64,000 bases of DNA from the human T2T-CHM13v2.0 reference genome, Homo sapiens: the NCBI RefSeq assembly GCF_009914755.1, contig NC_060933.1, one strand, 5' to 3'. Both the position numbers and the translations under genes were made by a program. The notes under the pieces were generated by a model. That model had not been told where the DNA came from, made no database searches, and was given only the letters and a program-made list of their open reading frames with translations. Of the stretch, positions 40,390 to 54,895 are shown one piece after another (position 1 is the first letter of the stretch; each line of letters begins with the position of its first letter).

Positions 40390-41185
40390 TATATTTTTGG
40401 AGAAATGAAAGAAATGTAGAAAAGTTTTAAGGATAATATAATAAACACCCATATTTCCACTATCCAGAATTAACAATTGTTAACATTTTGTCATAGTTGC
40501 TTGCTGCCAGTGTTATATAAGAAATTAAAAGTTGCAGATAAATATAAATATCTCTTAATTACAACCCCTGAGGCTCATTCCTCTCCCCACTTCCCAGAAA
40601 CTATTACCAAAATTAGTTTTGAGTGTGCACTTCCAAATATGTTTTTATACTTTTATATACATGTAGTAGTATCCATTACTGTCAAACTTTTGTGCTTTTA
40701 AATTTACATAAATAAATATATAATTTTTTAGTCAACATTATTTTTAGATACATTTATGAATGATTTTAACTGGTATAGACAGCCATAAAAGTATGCTATG
40801 ATTTGTTTATCTATTTCTTATCTACAAATGGACATTAAGTCAGTCATCAAGTTTTTTGCTAATAAAAAATATGTTGTAATGAACATATCTCTGTATAGCC
40901 TATAGATCAAGAATGTTTTCATTTTTGTTTTTAAGACATGTACCCAAGTGGAACTGCTGGGTCATAGCATGGACACATTTTTAATTCTACTGTATATTTA
41001 TTAAATTGCTTTTCAGTGTGGCTTTAGCAATTTAAATCTGTGCCAGCAATGTGTGAGAGTAGCATTTGCCCAATATCTGTACCAGCATCTGCTATCTCAT
41101 ATTCTTTATTCCAACTAATAGGTGAAAATGGTATCTCATTGTGGTTTTAATTTCTATTTCCCTAGTTATGTGTGAAATTGAATTA
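40390..41185 (-). mobile_element. Old L1M (L1ME/MD-type) 3' fragment
   Basis: aataaacacccatattt..aattgttaacattttgtcata...gtggaactgctgggtcatag...ccagcaatgtgtgagagt...atggtatctcattgtggttttaattt. Confidence 0.85.
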
Positions 41186-41884
41186 TATACAGACCCTATC
41201 TATTTTAAGATTTTAGCTCCTGGAGAAGGCTAAGTTGGATAGCCGAACTATTCCTGGAATTGTGCCTTGAATAGGCTTCTTTCTTCCAGGATATGATATA
41301 CTTTGCACTTGCCCAGTCTTTGGCACAGAGAATGCATTGATTCATCTTAGCTGAGTGAATTAATAATGAAAATGTGATATGTAAATAGGGCAAGGAACAG
41401 TTAACAAGTTACATTAATGACTTTTACATTTTTACATTTATTATTTATCATACATATTTATTATAATATATCCATAACTAATATTACTGGGGATACACAT
41501 CTTTGAAAAATATGTCATTGTTACATTTCTTCAAACTATTATTAAACACTTTTTGAATACTTTCCTTTGTAGGCAAGTTGATTTTTCTAGAGTTTGACAA
41601 TAATCAACATTTAATATTATTTCTCTTGTGCACCTATTTAGAAAGCCCCTTTTTTGCCCAGGAACAGTACTTCAGCACCTTTTTCCATATAGTTGCAAAT
41701 TATTAATTAAGGAAATATTCCTAATTTAGTCTCTAAATTGAGTTCACAGTGCTTAACTTAGAAAGACATAACCACCTATTTTTGTTTTCCAAAATGTTTT
41801 ATTGGTCTCCTTTTCAATTTAAAAATTACAAAACTATTTATGCTCACTGTAACAAGTCAAGTGCTATAGGAGGATATTAACAAC

Positions 41885-42910
41885 TTTATTCATTTAATCC
41901 AAATATATTTGTTGAAGTCCCACTGTATTCCAAACAATCTGATAAACAGGTGGATATAACGAAGTGGATAGGTAGGAAATAGAAAAATCACATTCATTCA
42001 TTCAACAAACACTGCTATACATCAGGCACTAAATTATGCCCTGAGGATACCAAAAAGAGTAAGATATCATGCCTGCTTTTCAGGAATTTGCTGCCTGGTG
42101 AAAACATAAAGACCATACAACATGATCTCTACTGGAAAGAATAGAACACATGGTCTCTCTAAGGATTCTAGGGAAATTAGGGGATTCTTTGCTGGGTAAG
42201 GCTGAGGTAATTTAGGCCAAAGAGCCAGCCTAGTGAAATGTTTACACAACTGAGAGTGGGATTATCAAGGAAGATGACACAGGTGGTAGTCAAAAATAAA
42301 GTCAAAGGTCAGAGCCAGAGAGCAAATCTCTCTGAGGGATGTAGTAGAGGTCAGAGACTGGGAAGGCACAGAGCTGGGAGAGATAAGCTTGAGATACATA
42401 ACAGTAGTGAGTTCAGCCAGAAGTTGTGGCCAGTATAAGAGTGACCAAGGTCTGTTTTTATGTGGTGTCAACTGTGGAATATGGAACCGGGACTGGTCAA
42501 TTAAAGAAGCCCAGTAGGACCACACAGATTGATGTCAAGAGCACATGAGGTTTGTTTCATAAAGAATGAGTAGTAATCTGCCAGGCAGTCAAAGTGAAGG
42601 AGGGGCAGAATTGGCCAATGCATTGGATGCTTCAGAGAACCTGGAGGTTCAAGCAATGGTGAAAGGTAAGGCTCCATCAAAGGGTAGGTAGGAGCACATG
42701 TAATCTGAGGCTGATGGCAGGGCATGGTGAGGGGTTTAGAGGCTATCACATGGCTTTAAGTGAGGAGAGAACATGATTTGAGTTTTGTGTGAAAATTGTA
42801 CAGGAGAACACTGAGGAAGATAATAAAACAGCCAAACAAGAAGAGAAGATGGCCAGAAACAAGGCAGGATAGAGAGAGGAGAGGGTGAGGAGTTGAGAAA
42901 TATGTCAGGA
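41885..42910 (-). mobile_element. Fragmented L2
   Basis: cattcattcattcaacaaacac...tggctttaagtgaggagagaacatgatttgagttttgtgt. Confidence 0.6.
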
Positions 42911-44855
42911 TGCAGGAAAAAAAAAACAAAAACACATGTCAACTATTTCCTATTCTTTTTTTTCTGAAATAACCAACTGCAGAGAAAATGCAAGAAGAAT
43001 GGAATTGAATATTTCTTACTCACTTTTATAAAATTTCATTATTTTTGGAGAATGTAACTAGAGAATTTTAAAAGTGCAATAGGAGAAGCATTTTTCTTTC
43101 AGTTGCAGCTGAAAGCAAGAAGGGTATAATCACATGAAAATAAAAACTTAGGGCAAAGGAAAATTTCAAGCCTTTAACAGAGGACGTATCTGTCATTGTT
43201 TGCTGATCAATAAATTATTTTCTAACAAATTGGCATTGATTTTTAATAAGGCTATAAGCCTGATAACTGTTTGAACGTGTCTTGTATATTTTATGTTCTA
43301 CTAGAGAAGACATATGTTGGTATGTTAATTTATTCATCTACTGATGGATAAATAAGTAAAATGATGAAATAATAAATTCCAGCTCTTATAACCAGAATTT
43401 CAAGTCGTAACCTGGAAGCATTTTCCCACTTTACAAATTATGATATAAATATGATCTAATGTCTTCCCTTAGAAATAGAATTTTAAATTGCCTTTTAAGG
43501 AATCATTAATTCTATACTATGTTCCTGGCTTCAATAAGAAAATAACTTCCTTAATCTTTCTTTCCCTGAGTCTCGACTACTTTTCTCTCTGATCTGTTCC
43601 ATTTTCCACAAAGTTCTTTTAAAACATGAAATGCCCACATGTGTGTTTCTTCTTTCCCTTCAGCAGCTGAATTTTCTGCCACATATTTACATGATCTGGT
43701 GGCCAGCTCATCAGTCCATTCCTCTCATGTGGAAATCACTGGAGTGCAAAACCCTCTCCGGGTGGCACTGCACTAATTATTTGTACGACATGGCTAGAGG
43801 AGCCATGCTTGCTCCGGATTCATTTTGAACTTATCAAGGAAGGATGTGGATGACATCAGAAAAGGATTTTACAAGACTCTGTCTAGACTGCCAAAACAAT
43901 CTGTGGTGGGAGAAAATTGCGTAAATATGGGCTACCAGGAAACAGTCATTTTTCTTCTCCCCTCCTTGTGGTCCTTTTTTGGTGTGGAACAGAGTGCAGC
44001 CTGGGCTGGCAATTCTGTAAATTATACTCTTTGAATCATGTAATAATAACTCAAGGACCAGAATGATTTAATGCCATATGGTAAGTGAATGTGGGAATCA
44101 TCTCAGACCAAATAAATAAATAGAAGAAGCAAGTGACTTTGAGCTCGTTTTAACTTACATGTCTCTTCTAAATTTCTTAGCTTTATCCAAGATTTTGTGG
44201 GCATTAGCTAGACAGACACTACAAGGCTAAATAATAAATGGACAAGTGATGATCCAGGTTTTCTCCTTTGGATGGAACACAGGGCCCAGAACCAACCCAT
44301 GGATATCTATGAGAGCCTCTTTCCCTGTACCCTAACTACTGAGGGTCTGGCAGAGCCTCATATTAGCTAAATTGGGGGAAGGAAGTCCAAAACGGCTACC
44401 ATGTGCCAAACAATGTGCTGTTTTCCGTAATGCTAAGATCCAACCCTTAAAAAGAATAATTTGGTGAGTTTTCATCTTTGAGTTTCCTTTTTAATTTTTG
44501 AACCCAGAAATGGTCACAAAAAATGGAAATAGATGCACTCCTTGAAGTGTTAAACTTGTACTATGGGTGACATTTGTCTCTATTTTAAACAAAACTTGGA
44601 ACTCAAGAAAAAGATTCAGAGTTACATAGAACTGAATCTAAAATCCTAACAAGCATTGCTTTTTCTTCCTGTTTTTCCCTTTTCTGGGTTCCTATTCTAT
44701 CTTTGGCAGCAATTATCTTTCCCCTACTCACAGACCACCATATACTTTTTACCACCATGCTGTTTTAGATCACTCAAATCTGTTCAAAATTGGCCTATTT
44801 GGGGGCCCATATTTTTCAAGGACTGGTTGAGGGTTCCTGAAAATTCAGACTAAAG

Positions 44856-45350
44856 TGTAAATGACCAATTATGCTACATAACGAATCATTTGAAAAATTA
44901 GTGGCTTAAAGAAACAACCATTTAAAAAAGCATTTTATGATTTTCTGGTTTGGCTAGAACCTGCATGATTCCTCTACTGGCCTCACCTGGGGTTTCTTAT
45001 GAGGTTATAGTCAGATGGTATTTGGGCTGCAGATGGGACTTGGTGGTTGATACCTTGGCGCTCCTCCACGGCTCTCTCTTCCTGGCTTCTCATCTTCCAG
45101 GACCTCTCTCTCCATCAGATGGGCCTAGACTTCGTACATGGTGGCTCATAGCTCCAACAGGAAGGAAGTAAAATATTCCAGGCCTTCTTAATGCCTGGAC
45201 TTAGAAGTCTCAGCACATTAGTTTCTTTGTAGGCCCAGCCTGAATTCAAGAGACAAGGACATAAGCTCTATCTCTTGGTGGATGGGATAACATGTGTGCA
45301 CATGGAAAGAAAGAATTGTTTGAGGCCAATTTTAAAGAGTAACTACCACC
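44856..45350 (-). mobile_element. MLT1 (MLT1G/H-like) solo LTR
   Basis: tgctacataac..ttagtggcttaaagaaacaaccattt...gacttcgtacatggtggctc...ggcccagcc..attcaag...ctaccac. Confidence 0.8.
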
Positions 45351-45369
45351 TAAGCATCTTCATATTGGG

Positions 45370-45510
45370 AAAAGAAAGAAAAAGGAGAAGGAAGGAAGGA
45401 AAGAAGGAAGGGAGGAAGTGAGGGAGGGAGGGAGGGAGGGAGGAAGGAAGGAAGGAAGGAAGGAAGGAAGGAAGGAAGGAAGGAGGAAGGGAAGGAAGGG
45501 AGGGAAAGAA
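45370..45510. repeat. Compound (GGAA)n/(GGGA)n polypurine repeat
   Basis: (GGGA)5 at 45422-45441 followed by (GGAA)10 at 45442-45481. Confidence 0.95.
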
Positions 45511-45914
45511 AATGTTCACAGAAGTCATGCATTAAGGGAGTCTCCACTGCTGGATATTTTAGGTAACATGACTACGTTGTAAAAGAGATGATTTGGAGTA
45601 TGCTTTTAGCTCAAATTGTACTGTGAGGGGACATTTTACATTTGCTGGAGTAAACCTATTCTAGTTGTACCTTCACATCTCTCCTGCGAGTCATGTAACC
45701 TCTACCTTGCCCATCGGACACATTTAGTCTCAGCCTTAACATATGGAGAATCAGAGCAGACCAACTAGCCTGGACACAGCACAGTCCCCTCCAACACAGT
45801 GCAGAACCTCAGAGAATCTGTGAACTGGGTAGGAGGTAGAAGGTAAGTAAGCAAGGGCAATATTTGTGTATGTAAAGGCTTAGAGACAGAAAAGCATGTG
45901 GTATGGATGGGTAA

Positions 45915-46130
45915 CAGTGTGCAGCTGTGGTTAAAAGGGAACTCCGCTTTAGAAATCCAATGTTCCAGTCACCATTCTGTCATTTGCTGGCAATGTGACT
46001 TATGACAAATCACTGCAGTTCTTGAACCTCTAGTTTCCTCAAACGGGTAATGAGGAGGTCTGTTGTATCAAAAATGAAGGGAGGTGCATGGTTAAAATTA
46101 TTTTGTTAACTAAAGTGCTTTGCAAATGCA
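45915..46130 (+). mobile_element. MIR
   Basis: tgtggttaaaaggg...atgtgacttatgacaaatcact...cctctagtttcctc...aaagtgctttgcaaa. Confidence 0.65.
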
Positions 46131-46519
46131 AAATTACAAAAGCATAAGATGAGAAGTCATAGAAGATAAACTATAAATTTTAAAAAACTAAACTATTTTT
46201 CTAGTTCATGACAGATTAAAAGAAAAATAACAAGAAACAAGTGCAGTGAAGCTGAAATAAATTAAAAAGCACATAAACCACATAGATGGCTTATAATGAG
46301 TCTATTCCATCTAAAAACACACTTTACGTTGCTTTACAGTTGAATTCACACACCTGGTTTAATCTGGAAATTGGTATACATCATTTTAAAAGTTTTAATT
46401 AACTAGTTCTATTTGCAATGCAAATAGGTATATTTGCATGTATTTAATTGTATTTAAAGCAGAGATGATTTATCAAGAGCAGAAGTTACTCCATTATTTA
46501 AAGTCCCACAGGTGTTTGC

Positions 46520-47190
46520 CTTTCACATTCTAGGACAATTAGCTGACTTGCACTAATTTGGGACTTGTACTAACGTTACAGTTAGTATGCATAGGACGTC
46601 ATCGAAAACAAATGAGTCACAGGAAAAATTGTTTTATATAGAGCGTTAACTCTTGTCATTAACTTAGATGATTTGACTCTGGCTGTAAGACCAAATGTAG
46701 TGAGGAGCGGAGACAGGGAGGACAAAAGAGAAGAAGCTGCTTCCTCCTGCCTTTAGTACAGGGTTCAAAGGGTATGTCTGCACAAAATCCTAGGGCCAGC
46801 ACTGACATATGAGTTTTCACATGCATATGGAGTGAGAAGTTGACTGAGCGTGTGCCTGTAGCCCTGAGTGGGTTTTCTTTTGCCTCCCTGTTGAAACATA
46901 AAATACTGCACTCACCAGTAGAGAATGACTCATTTATGGAGACCCCCTTGAAACTTAAGGCTCCAAGAACCTGTGTGTAGTTTTCAGGAGGACCAAAACA
47001 GGTCCAGGGCAAAGCAAGCTTGATGGAGCACTTGCCAGCAGCCAACTGCACAGGATTTAAGATGGTACAACTGGTAATAATAGCACTGAGACAGTGGATT
47101 CAGGCTGTGAGGTGGTCCTAGTTTTGATGAAATTGACACTGATATTGATGTCTCTAAGCACATGGGGATGTCAAGATGACTCAGATATAT
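46520..47190. promoter_or_regulatory. Candidate AP-1/CRE enhancer
   Basis: TGAGTCA 46613, ATGACTCAT 46925, TGACTCA 47177, GACGTCAT 46595, with local CpG retention. Motif evidence only. Confidence 0.35.
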
Positions 47191-47499
47191 ATTTAATGGC
47201 CTCCTCTTGCAATGTAATATTTAGAATTCCTTCCCTTTCATGTTTGTAAATCTGGGAGATATTATCACCTGAAAAGCTAAGACAGGCTGGTTCAAAAAAC
47301 CTAAAAGAGCAAGCTCTGGGGTTTCAAACCTTCTTCCTATGTTCTGTAGTTCAATCTCATTAGACTATTCCACACTGCTCAAACATCCACATTCTTAAAT
47401 AACTTTGTGCGTCTACTAATTTTTTTCTGTAAATTAAAGTTTTATAACTTCCACTGTGATAACTTCTCTGATTTTTTCATCAGAATTAATTGTTTTTAG

Positions 47500-48047
47500 T
47501 GTCAGAGGTGTGTGAACCAGAGCAAGTCCATCTTCAATAGGGGCTGGGTAAAATGGGGCTGATACTTACTGGGCTGTATTCCCAGACAGTTAAGGCATTC
47601 TAAGTCACAGGATGAGACAGGAGGTTGGCACAAGATACAGGTTATAAAGACTTTGCTGATAAAACAGGTTGCAGTAAAAAAGCCGGCTAAAACCCACCAA
47701 AAACAAGATGGCAATGAGAGTGACCTCTGGTTGTCCTCACTGCTGCACTCCCACCAGCACCATTGCAGTTTACCAATGCCATGGCAATGTCAGGAAGTTA
47801 TGCTATATGGTCTAAAAAGGGAAGGCATGAATAATCCACTCCTTGTTTAGCATGTAATCAAGAAATAACCAAAAAATGGGCAACCAGCCTCCCTTGGCGC
47901 TGCTCTGTCTATGAAGTAGCCATTCTTTTATTCCTTTACTTTCTTAATAAACTTACTTTGTCTTTACCCTGCAGACTCACCCTAAATTCTTGTGTGAGAT
48001 CCAAGAACCCTCTCTTGGGGTCTGGATCCAGACCTCTTTCTGTAACA
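47500..48047 (+). mobile_element. MER41A solo LTR (ERV1)
   Basis: TGTCAGAGG..TGAACCAGAGCAA start, ...GGGGTCTGGATC...TGTAACA end, 548 bp, AATAAA near the 3' end; 4-bp TSD ttag/ctag. Confidence 0.93.
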
Positions 48048-48084
48048 CTAGCTCTGGGAAGAATCCTAACTTAACACTGTAAGT

Positions 48085-48260
48085 ATGCTATTCAATTTAA
48101 TCTTTATAACAACCATATAAAGCAATTCTCATAAGCTCCATTTTACAGATAAGGAAGATGAGGAAGGGTTCAAGAGTTTAAGTAACTTACCCAAATTCAA
48201 ACTGATAATAAATAGTGGTGACATGATTATAACTCACACCTATTTGTGACTCAGGAACTG
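48085..48260 (-). mobile_element. MIR
   Basis: ctccattttacagataaggaagatgagg..ttaagtaacttacccaa. Confidence 0.75.
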
Positions 48261-48510
48261 ATTCTCTCCTGACTTACTATGATGTGCCTCCATCTAACCC
48301 TTATTTCAATATCTCACATTATAGTCATGTATGTGACTGTTTCTTCCATAAATTGCTTAAAGGAAGGTATTATTTACTCTAGATGCCTGTTGCCACTACA
48401 ATGCATTACATATGCAAATTTTAATGTTCGTTGTAATAAAATTAAATCAAATTCCTTTTCTGCCACTTTCAACCGAGATATTTTTCAGCTGTTGTAACCT
48501 CTAACTCTGA

Positions 48511-48873
<363 letters not shown>

Positions 48874-50819
48874 TGAGGGGTGAGTGAATCAATGCTGATG
48901 CTGGTAAATTTTTCACTTTTATACTTCTGCAATGCTGACAAGGCTGCTGATGTATGACAAACATCTTGGCTCAGCTCAGATGAATAAAACCAAATTGTTT
49001 GTACATGCTAATGTAATAGATGGCCCTCTTTGCTCTTACAGAAATTGCAGCTTGATTATTAATTATAAATGCCCTAGGACTATGTGCTTTTGGCAAGCTA
49101 CAAGTTCTTCCTTGTCTAAGTTTTTCTTTACTTTTCAGAATGAAAAATGAAGAAATGAGCCATATTTGTATCAAGGGAAGTACACAGTTACAAACCAAGC
49201 TATGGTTTTGAGAATTTAATTACTATTGCTAATCTGCTTAAAAGTGACTAAAACCAAATAAGTGGCTCAAATTTTTGCTTCATAGATTCTTTATAGATGC
49301 AAAATACATTGACCCTCCAGACCAATACATTTTGGCCTTAACACTGGAGCAGCAATTGGCTTTGCTCTAGACCTGTATAATTCTCATTTTGCTTGATCTC
49401 CTCAGGAGATCAATGTGCACATCAGCACATTTCCCCAACTCTCAGTTGCCAAATTAGCATCTCCATCTGCCCTGTCTACACAAGTTTGTCGGATTATTGA
49501 ACTCCTGATTGGCTACATTCTGACATAAGTGCTTTCTTTAGATAACACCTTCCCTTCCTTGTTATTGGTTTTTCTTGGGTTCTGTCTTTGAATTTACCTG
49601 TTCTTTCAAAGGACTCAGCAGGCTGCATGGCTGCAAAGCAGGTGCAAGGGCTAAAAAGACTCAGCAAATTATACTCTAAGAGCAAAGTCCAAAGAGTCAG
49701 AGGGGAAAAAAAGGAAGAATTAAGATAATTCCAAGAGAGGCCACTATGGAAGTGAACTATTGATCTTTCTGTAGAGATGAAGAACAATCTGGGAGGTATA
49801 AGGAGAAGAAAATTAAATTGACAGTCATCTATTTTAAGTGGTCCAAACCAAATGATCAAACCAAAGCATTTCATTGAGTTTCTTGAACTACCACTGGTTG
49901 TTGCAAAAATGTATTCAATGTCATTAAAACAACTCTTATTTGTCTAATTCAACTGAATTGTTCAACCTTCACTTAGTGTTTCAGCCTAGCAAAGGAAATA
50001 TGAGAATGAGCAAAATCCTAGTTATTTTTACAGGCTTAATTGCATTCTTACATTTCCAAATGACAATTCACCCTAGAAAGCCCCACCCAATTGAATTTCC
50101 TGCTCTTCATCTATTTTTCACAAGTTTCTCTTTCTAAACTTATTCTTTCACTCACCTTTTCCTCTCCACATCTTTTCAAATTTCAAAGAGGCAGTGGTTG
50201 GGGCATAGCCAGGTTTGGGCAATAGGCTTAGGGCAGGAAGGTGTGGTTAGGGTGGAGGTGGTAAGAAGGCATTCTAGCTCTTTTATTTTCGCATTTCAGG
50301 TCTTGGTAAAATGCAGTCTTTGTATGTGTGGGTGTTTTTCTATGATGTGCAGGTATGCACAACTCTATTCCCTCAAATGAGTAACCATGAGTATGTCAAT
50401 CTTGGAATAGCCTATGAATTTATATTACCTACAGAGGAAACTGTGCAGTCAGAGGCAATTTCACATGGTGCTCAACTTTCCAAATAATGCAAACAACCAA
50501 AATTATTTCACAAAAAGAAATTAGGGAGATTGATTTTTTTCATTTCATTTTTGAGTGGGAATAATCATATTCTCAGTAAGGCATTTATTTGAAAATCATC
50601 ACTCTGAATGGATAAATACCTTCATAGGCACAAGCCAAATTTAATTCAGCATTGTTATGGCAACATCAACATAATAAACTATTAATTTATTAACAAAAGG
50701 CAATAATTTAGTTATATACAGGGAGTTTCTGAGAACATATGCCCAGAAATCTTTATAGAAAGATGTTTTGTGAACAGTTTATGGCTTTGGTGTTAAGTGT
50801 TTAGAAATGATGCTCTGTA

Positions 50820-51173
<354 letters not shown>

Positions 51174-51231
51174 CTACCTGGTACTATCTGTCACTTTACA
51201 GAAAGAAAATGGGTAGCTCCTAATTGAGTAA

Positions 51232-51621
<390 letters not shown>

Positions 51622-52500
51622 CCACACTGTCTTTTAGGGCTCCTTTTCAATCTAGGATGTCACAATCCTGAGCAAACTCTATCAGGACCATAAGTGTTGA
51701 AAGAAATAAAACATTCTTGAGTTTTTAACATTGTAAAGACTAGTGTAGATGGCATAAATGTTCATTGAGACCTTAAGTTCAATCAGGTATAGTTATGCTT
51801 TGATATTAATGTCCATATATTTGTCTCCTGCCAAAATAATTATTTTATAGTTATAGCAATTTAAGAAAGTTTCAATGCAATGTAAATAGACATTTAAAAT
51901 ATGTAGAGAGCACTCTGATTCCCAAATTCATTATGAATGACACATGAACAGTGTAAGGGAAGCTTAATTTCACCTTTTTTTCTTATTTAAGAACTCACAC
52001 AAATTTCATTACAAATAGAAAAGTCAATATTAAGTTGAATTTTCCATACAAGTAGATTTGTAATGGAAAAAGGAGATAGGCGCAACAAACTAACTCCGTA
52101 TGAAATTTAGAAGGTTGGTTGGAAAAGCCCGTGGCTAATTTTCAGGAGAGGATCAATTCCATTCTGATTTTAGTGAATGATGTGTAATTATCCTTTTCCT
52201 TAGATTTCAATTGAAAATTTCTTTTCTTCTTTAGTTCTTAAATCTGCCTTTAGTTATTTGACACAGTACATTTGAAGTAAACATGTAAAGTATACTCAGG
52301 GATAAAAAATATAAATTATTTTCCCCATCATAATTCTGTGAATTTGTGTTCATAGATCTGCATAAATTACATACCTTTCTGAAATTTTCTGATGCAATTT
52401 AAAAAACAACCTTCTTTTGAGATACTTCTTTTTCTGATTGTTTCTTATCCAATTTTCATTTTTTCTAATTTTTCCAATGATAGGATTCTTTCATATACAT

Positions 52501-52672
52501 TTTTTTCTTTGTAGACACAGGGTTTTGCTTTGTCATCCTGGACAAAGTGTCATCTTGGAGTGTAGTGGCACAATTATAGCTCACTGCAGCCTCGAACTCC
52601 TGGGCTCAAGTGATCCTCCCATCTCAGCCTCTAGAATATATGTAACTACAGGTGCTGGCCACCACACCTGGC
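52501..52672 (-). mobile_element. Alu right monomer (FRAM or truncated AluJ)
   Basis: atagctcactgcagcctcgaactcctgggctcaagtgatcctcc; internal 12-bp duplication. Confidence 0.88.
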
Positions 52673-52786
52673 TTAATTTTTCCAATGACATCAGAGAAGA
52701 GAGAGGAAAAACAGGAAGTGAAACAGACAGACAGACTTGGGAATATACGTAAAGGTTATTGTTTTTGTTGGTTTGTTTGTTTGTCA

Positions 52787-53300
52787 TCAGTGTTAACATC
52801 AAAATTGATAAGCCATATCGACAGCATATACCCTTTATGTGACTAGAATAGTGCTCTACCTCTGTGGTCTTTTTTCCAAAAGCACATAATCCCCACCTAA
52901 TCACAAGAAAACCATCAGCCAAATCTCAGTGAAAGAAGTTCTACAAAATGCCTGACCATAATCCTCAAAACTGCCAAGGTCATTGAAAATTAAGAAAGTC
53001 AGGGAAACAGGAGCCTATGGAAAGATGGCTATTAAATGTAATGTGGTATCCTGGATGGGAATCTGGAACAGAACAAGAATACCAGGAAAAAAATGAGAAC
53101 AACTTGATAAAATGTGGACTTTAGTTAATAAAAATTATCAACATTGGTTCATGAATTGTGACAAATTATCTCACATTACCATACTAATGTAAGATCTTAA
53201 CAATAGGGGAAATTGGATGTGAGTATATGGGAACTCTCTGAGCTATCTTTCAATAATTCTGTTAATCTGAAACTGCTCCAAAATGTACAGTTTATTTTCT
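52787..53300 (+). mobile_element. L1MC/MD-type 3' UTR
   Basis: cctcaaaactgccaaggtcat...aaatgtaatgtggtatcctggatggga.tctggaacaga...tatatgggaactctctg. Confidence 0.85.
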
Positions 53301-53499
53301 ATAAGAAGCATATTAGCATCCCTGTATAGAGGAAGAGGAGGGGGAGGGCATTCTAGCAGAAGTTACAGCCTATGCAAAGGCATCCACGATATCACCTAGC
53401 CCATGGCTCCTCCCCTTCCATTTTACCTTTGAAGGAATCTAGACCCAGAGTCCTCAATATTCTATTCCTTAGCTCCCCCTATTCCAATGCAAATGGAAT

Positions 53500-53720
53500 C
53501 AGTGAAAGAACAATGGAGTTGGGAGATGGAAATCTGGGTTTCAGTTCTGTTTCTCCCACTTCCTAACCATAAGACCTTGAGCAAAGTGCTTATAGTCTTT
53601 AAACAGGTTTTTGTTTTGTTTTGTTTTGCTTTTTATAGAACTAACAACTCCTGCTTAATTAGTGAGACTGTTGCAAGGATCAAAAGAGAAAACAGATGTG
53701 AAAAAACAAGTGAAAGCTGT
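53500..53720 (+). mobile_element. MIR fragment
   Basis: ctgggtttcagttctg..ccacttcctaacc..gaccttgagcaa...gttgcaaggatcaaaagag. Confidence 0.65.
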
Positions 53721-54504
53721 GATTATTTTCATTTCCCACATCCTGATTGCTCTATCAATCCCCCTCCCACTCAAACCCCAGTGACAACTTTTAGTTACAC
53801 TCGTTGGCTCTGCAGGCTCTGGGAAGGAAAGCTTATCTTAAGTTCCCAGACTAAAGGCCCATGTGCCAGGTAGTTGGCTGTTTCTTTGTTGATTAGCCTC
53901 AGAGTGATGCTGCAATGGGTAAAATGGTAGCAGGAGCAATGAGGAATAATGAGTTTCATCCTAGGCGTCACTTGTTCGCACCCGCTAGCCTAGGAGATGA
54001 TTATACTAGAGGGATTTGATGCAAGCATAGGTCAGAAAAACAGAGTTCAAAACACACACACCATCTTTTGCTGCATCAGTTAGTATCTCTATATTTCAGT
54101 TTTCTCATCCAAAAAATGTGGATTATATTTTCTACTCTACATACTTCCCATAATACCCTAAATTTATTATAGAAAATACCACATATTAAAATTATCCCCT
54201 CACCAGTGTCTCTAAAATAAGATTACAATTTCCCTCATATCATAAAGCAGTTCTTGTTTATAGTTATATACTCAGTATTTGGTATATATTAGATGTTAAA
54301 CAAATGACTGGTAAATTTAAAATTGGAAATTCTATGTGTCAGATTTCATATCCATGACTAACTCCATTACCTCATATAACCTTTGGAATCACTCGGGGGT
54401 GGAGGTAGTGGGGTGAATTAATATGCTCATTTTACAACTCAGGTTCTGAGAAGTGACCAAGTACAGGCTTCCACCCCAGGCCCTGGCTCTTGCAAATCTG
54501 AATA

Positions 54505-54895
54505 CCCACGTCTGGAATGCTCTGCTCCCAGACGTCATAGCAGTTCACTCTCTCACCTCTTACAAGTTTTTACAGAAATGTCACTTTCTCCTTGAGGGCT
54601 TCTCTAACCAGTCTATGTAAAATTTCAAATCTTATTCTTACCCACAACTCCCTCTTTCAAAGCCTGCTTTATTTTTGTCTATAGCAATTATTATACTCTG
54701 ATTTCCTAATAGCCTACTTTTAAATTTTGTTTACGATCTGCCTTCCCACTTCCCCTTTACATACACAGAGTCAGAATGTAACCATCATCAGGCCAGGAAT
54801 TTTTTCCTGTTTTGTTTACAGATGAATCCCCAGGACTTAGAAGAGTGCCTGGCACATTGAATGAATGAATACATGCATGCATGAGTGAATGAATG
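54505..54895 (+). mobile_element. L2a 3' end
   Basis: tctggaatgctct...aaatgtcactttctc...ttagaagagtgcctggcacattgaatgaatgaat. Confidence 0.85.

Noticed and set aside
43664-44080. Possible plus-strand exon (NAGNAG acceptor, ATG|gtaagt donor)
   Set aside because: 417 nt is long for an internal exon, there is no continuous ORF, and the pairing of the two sites is arbitrary.
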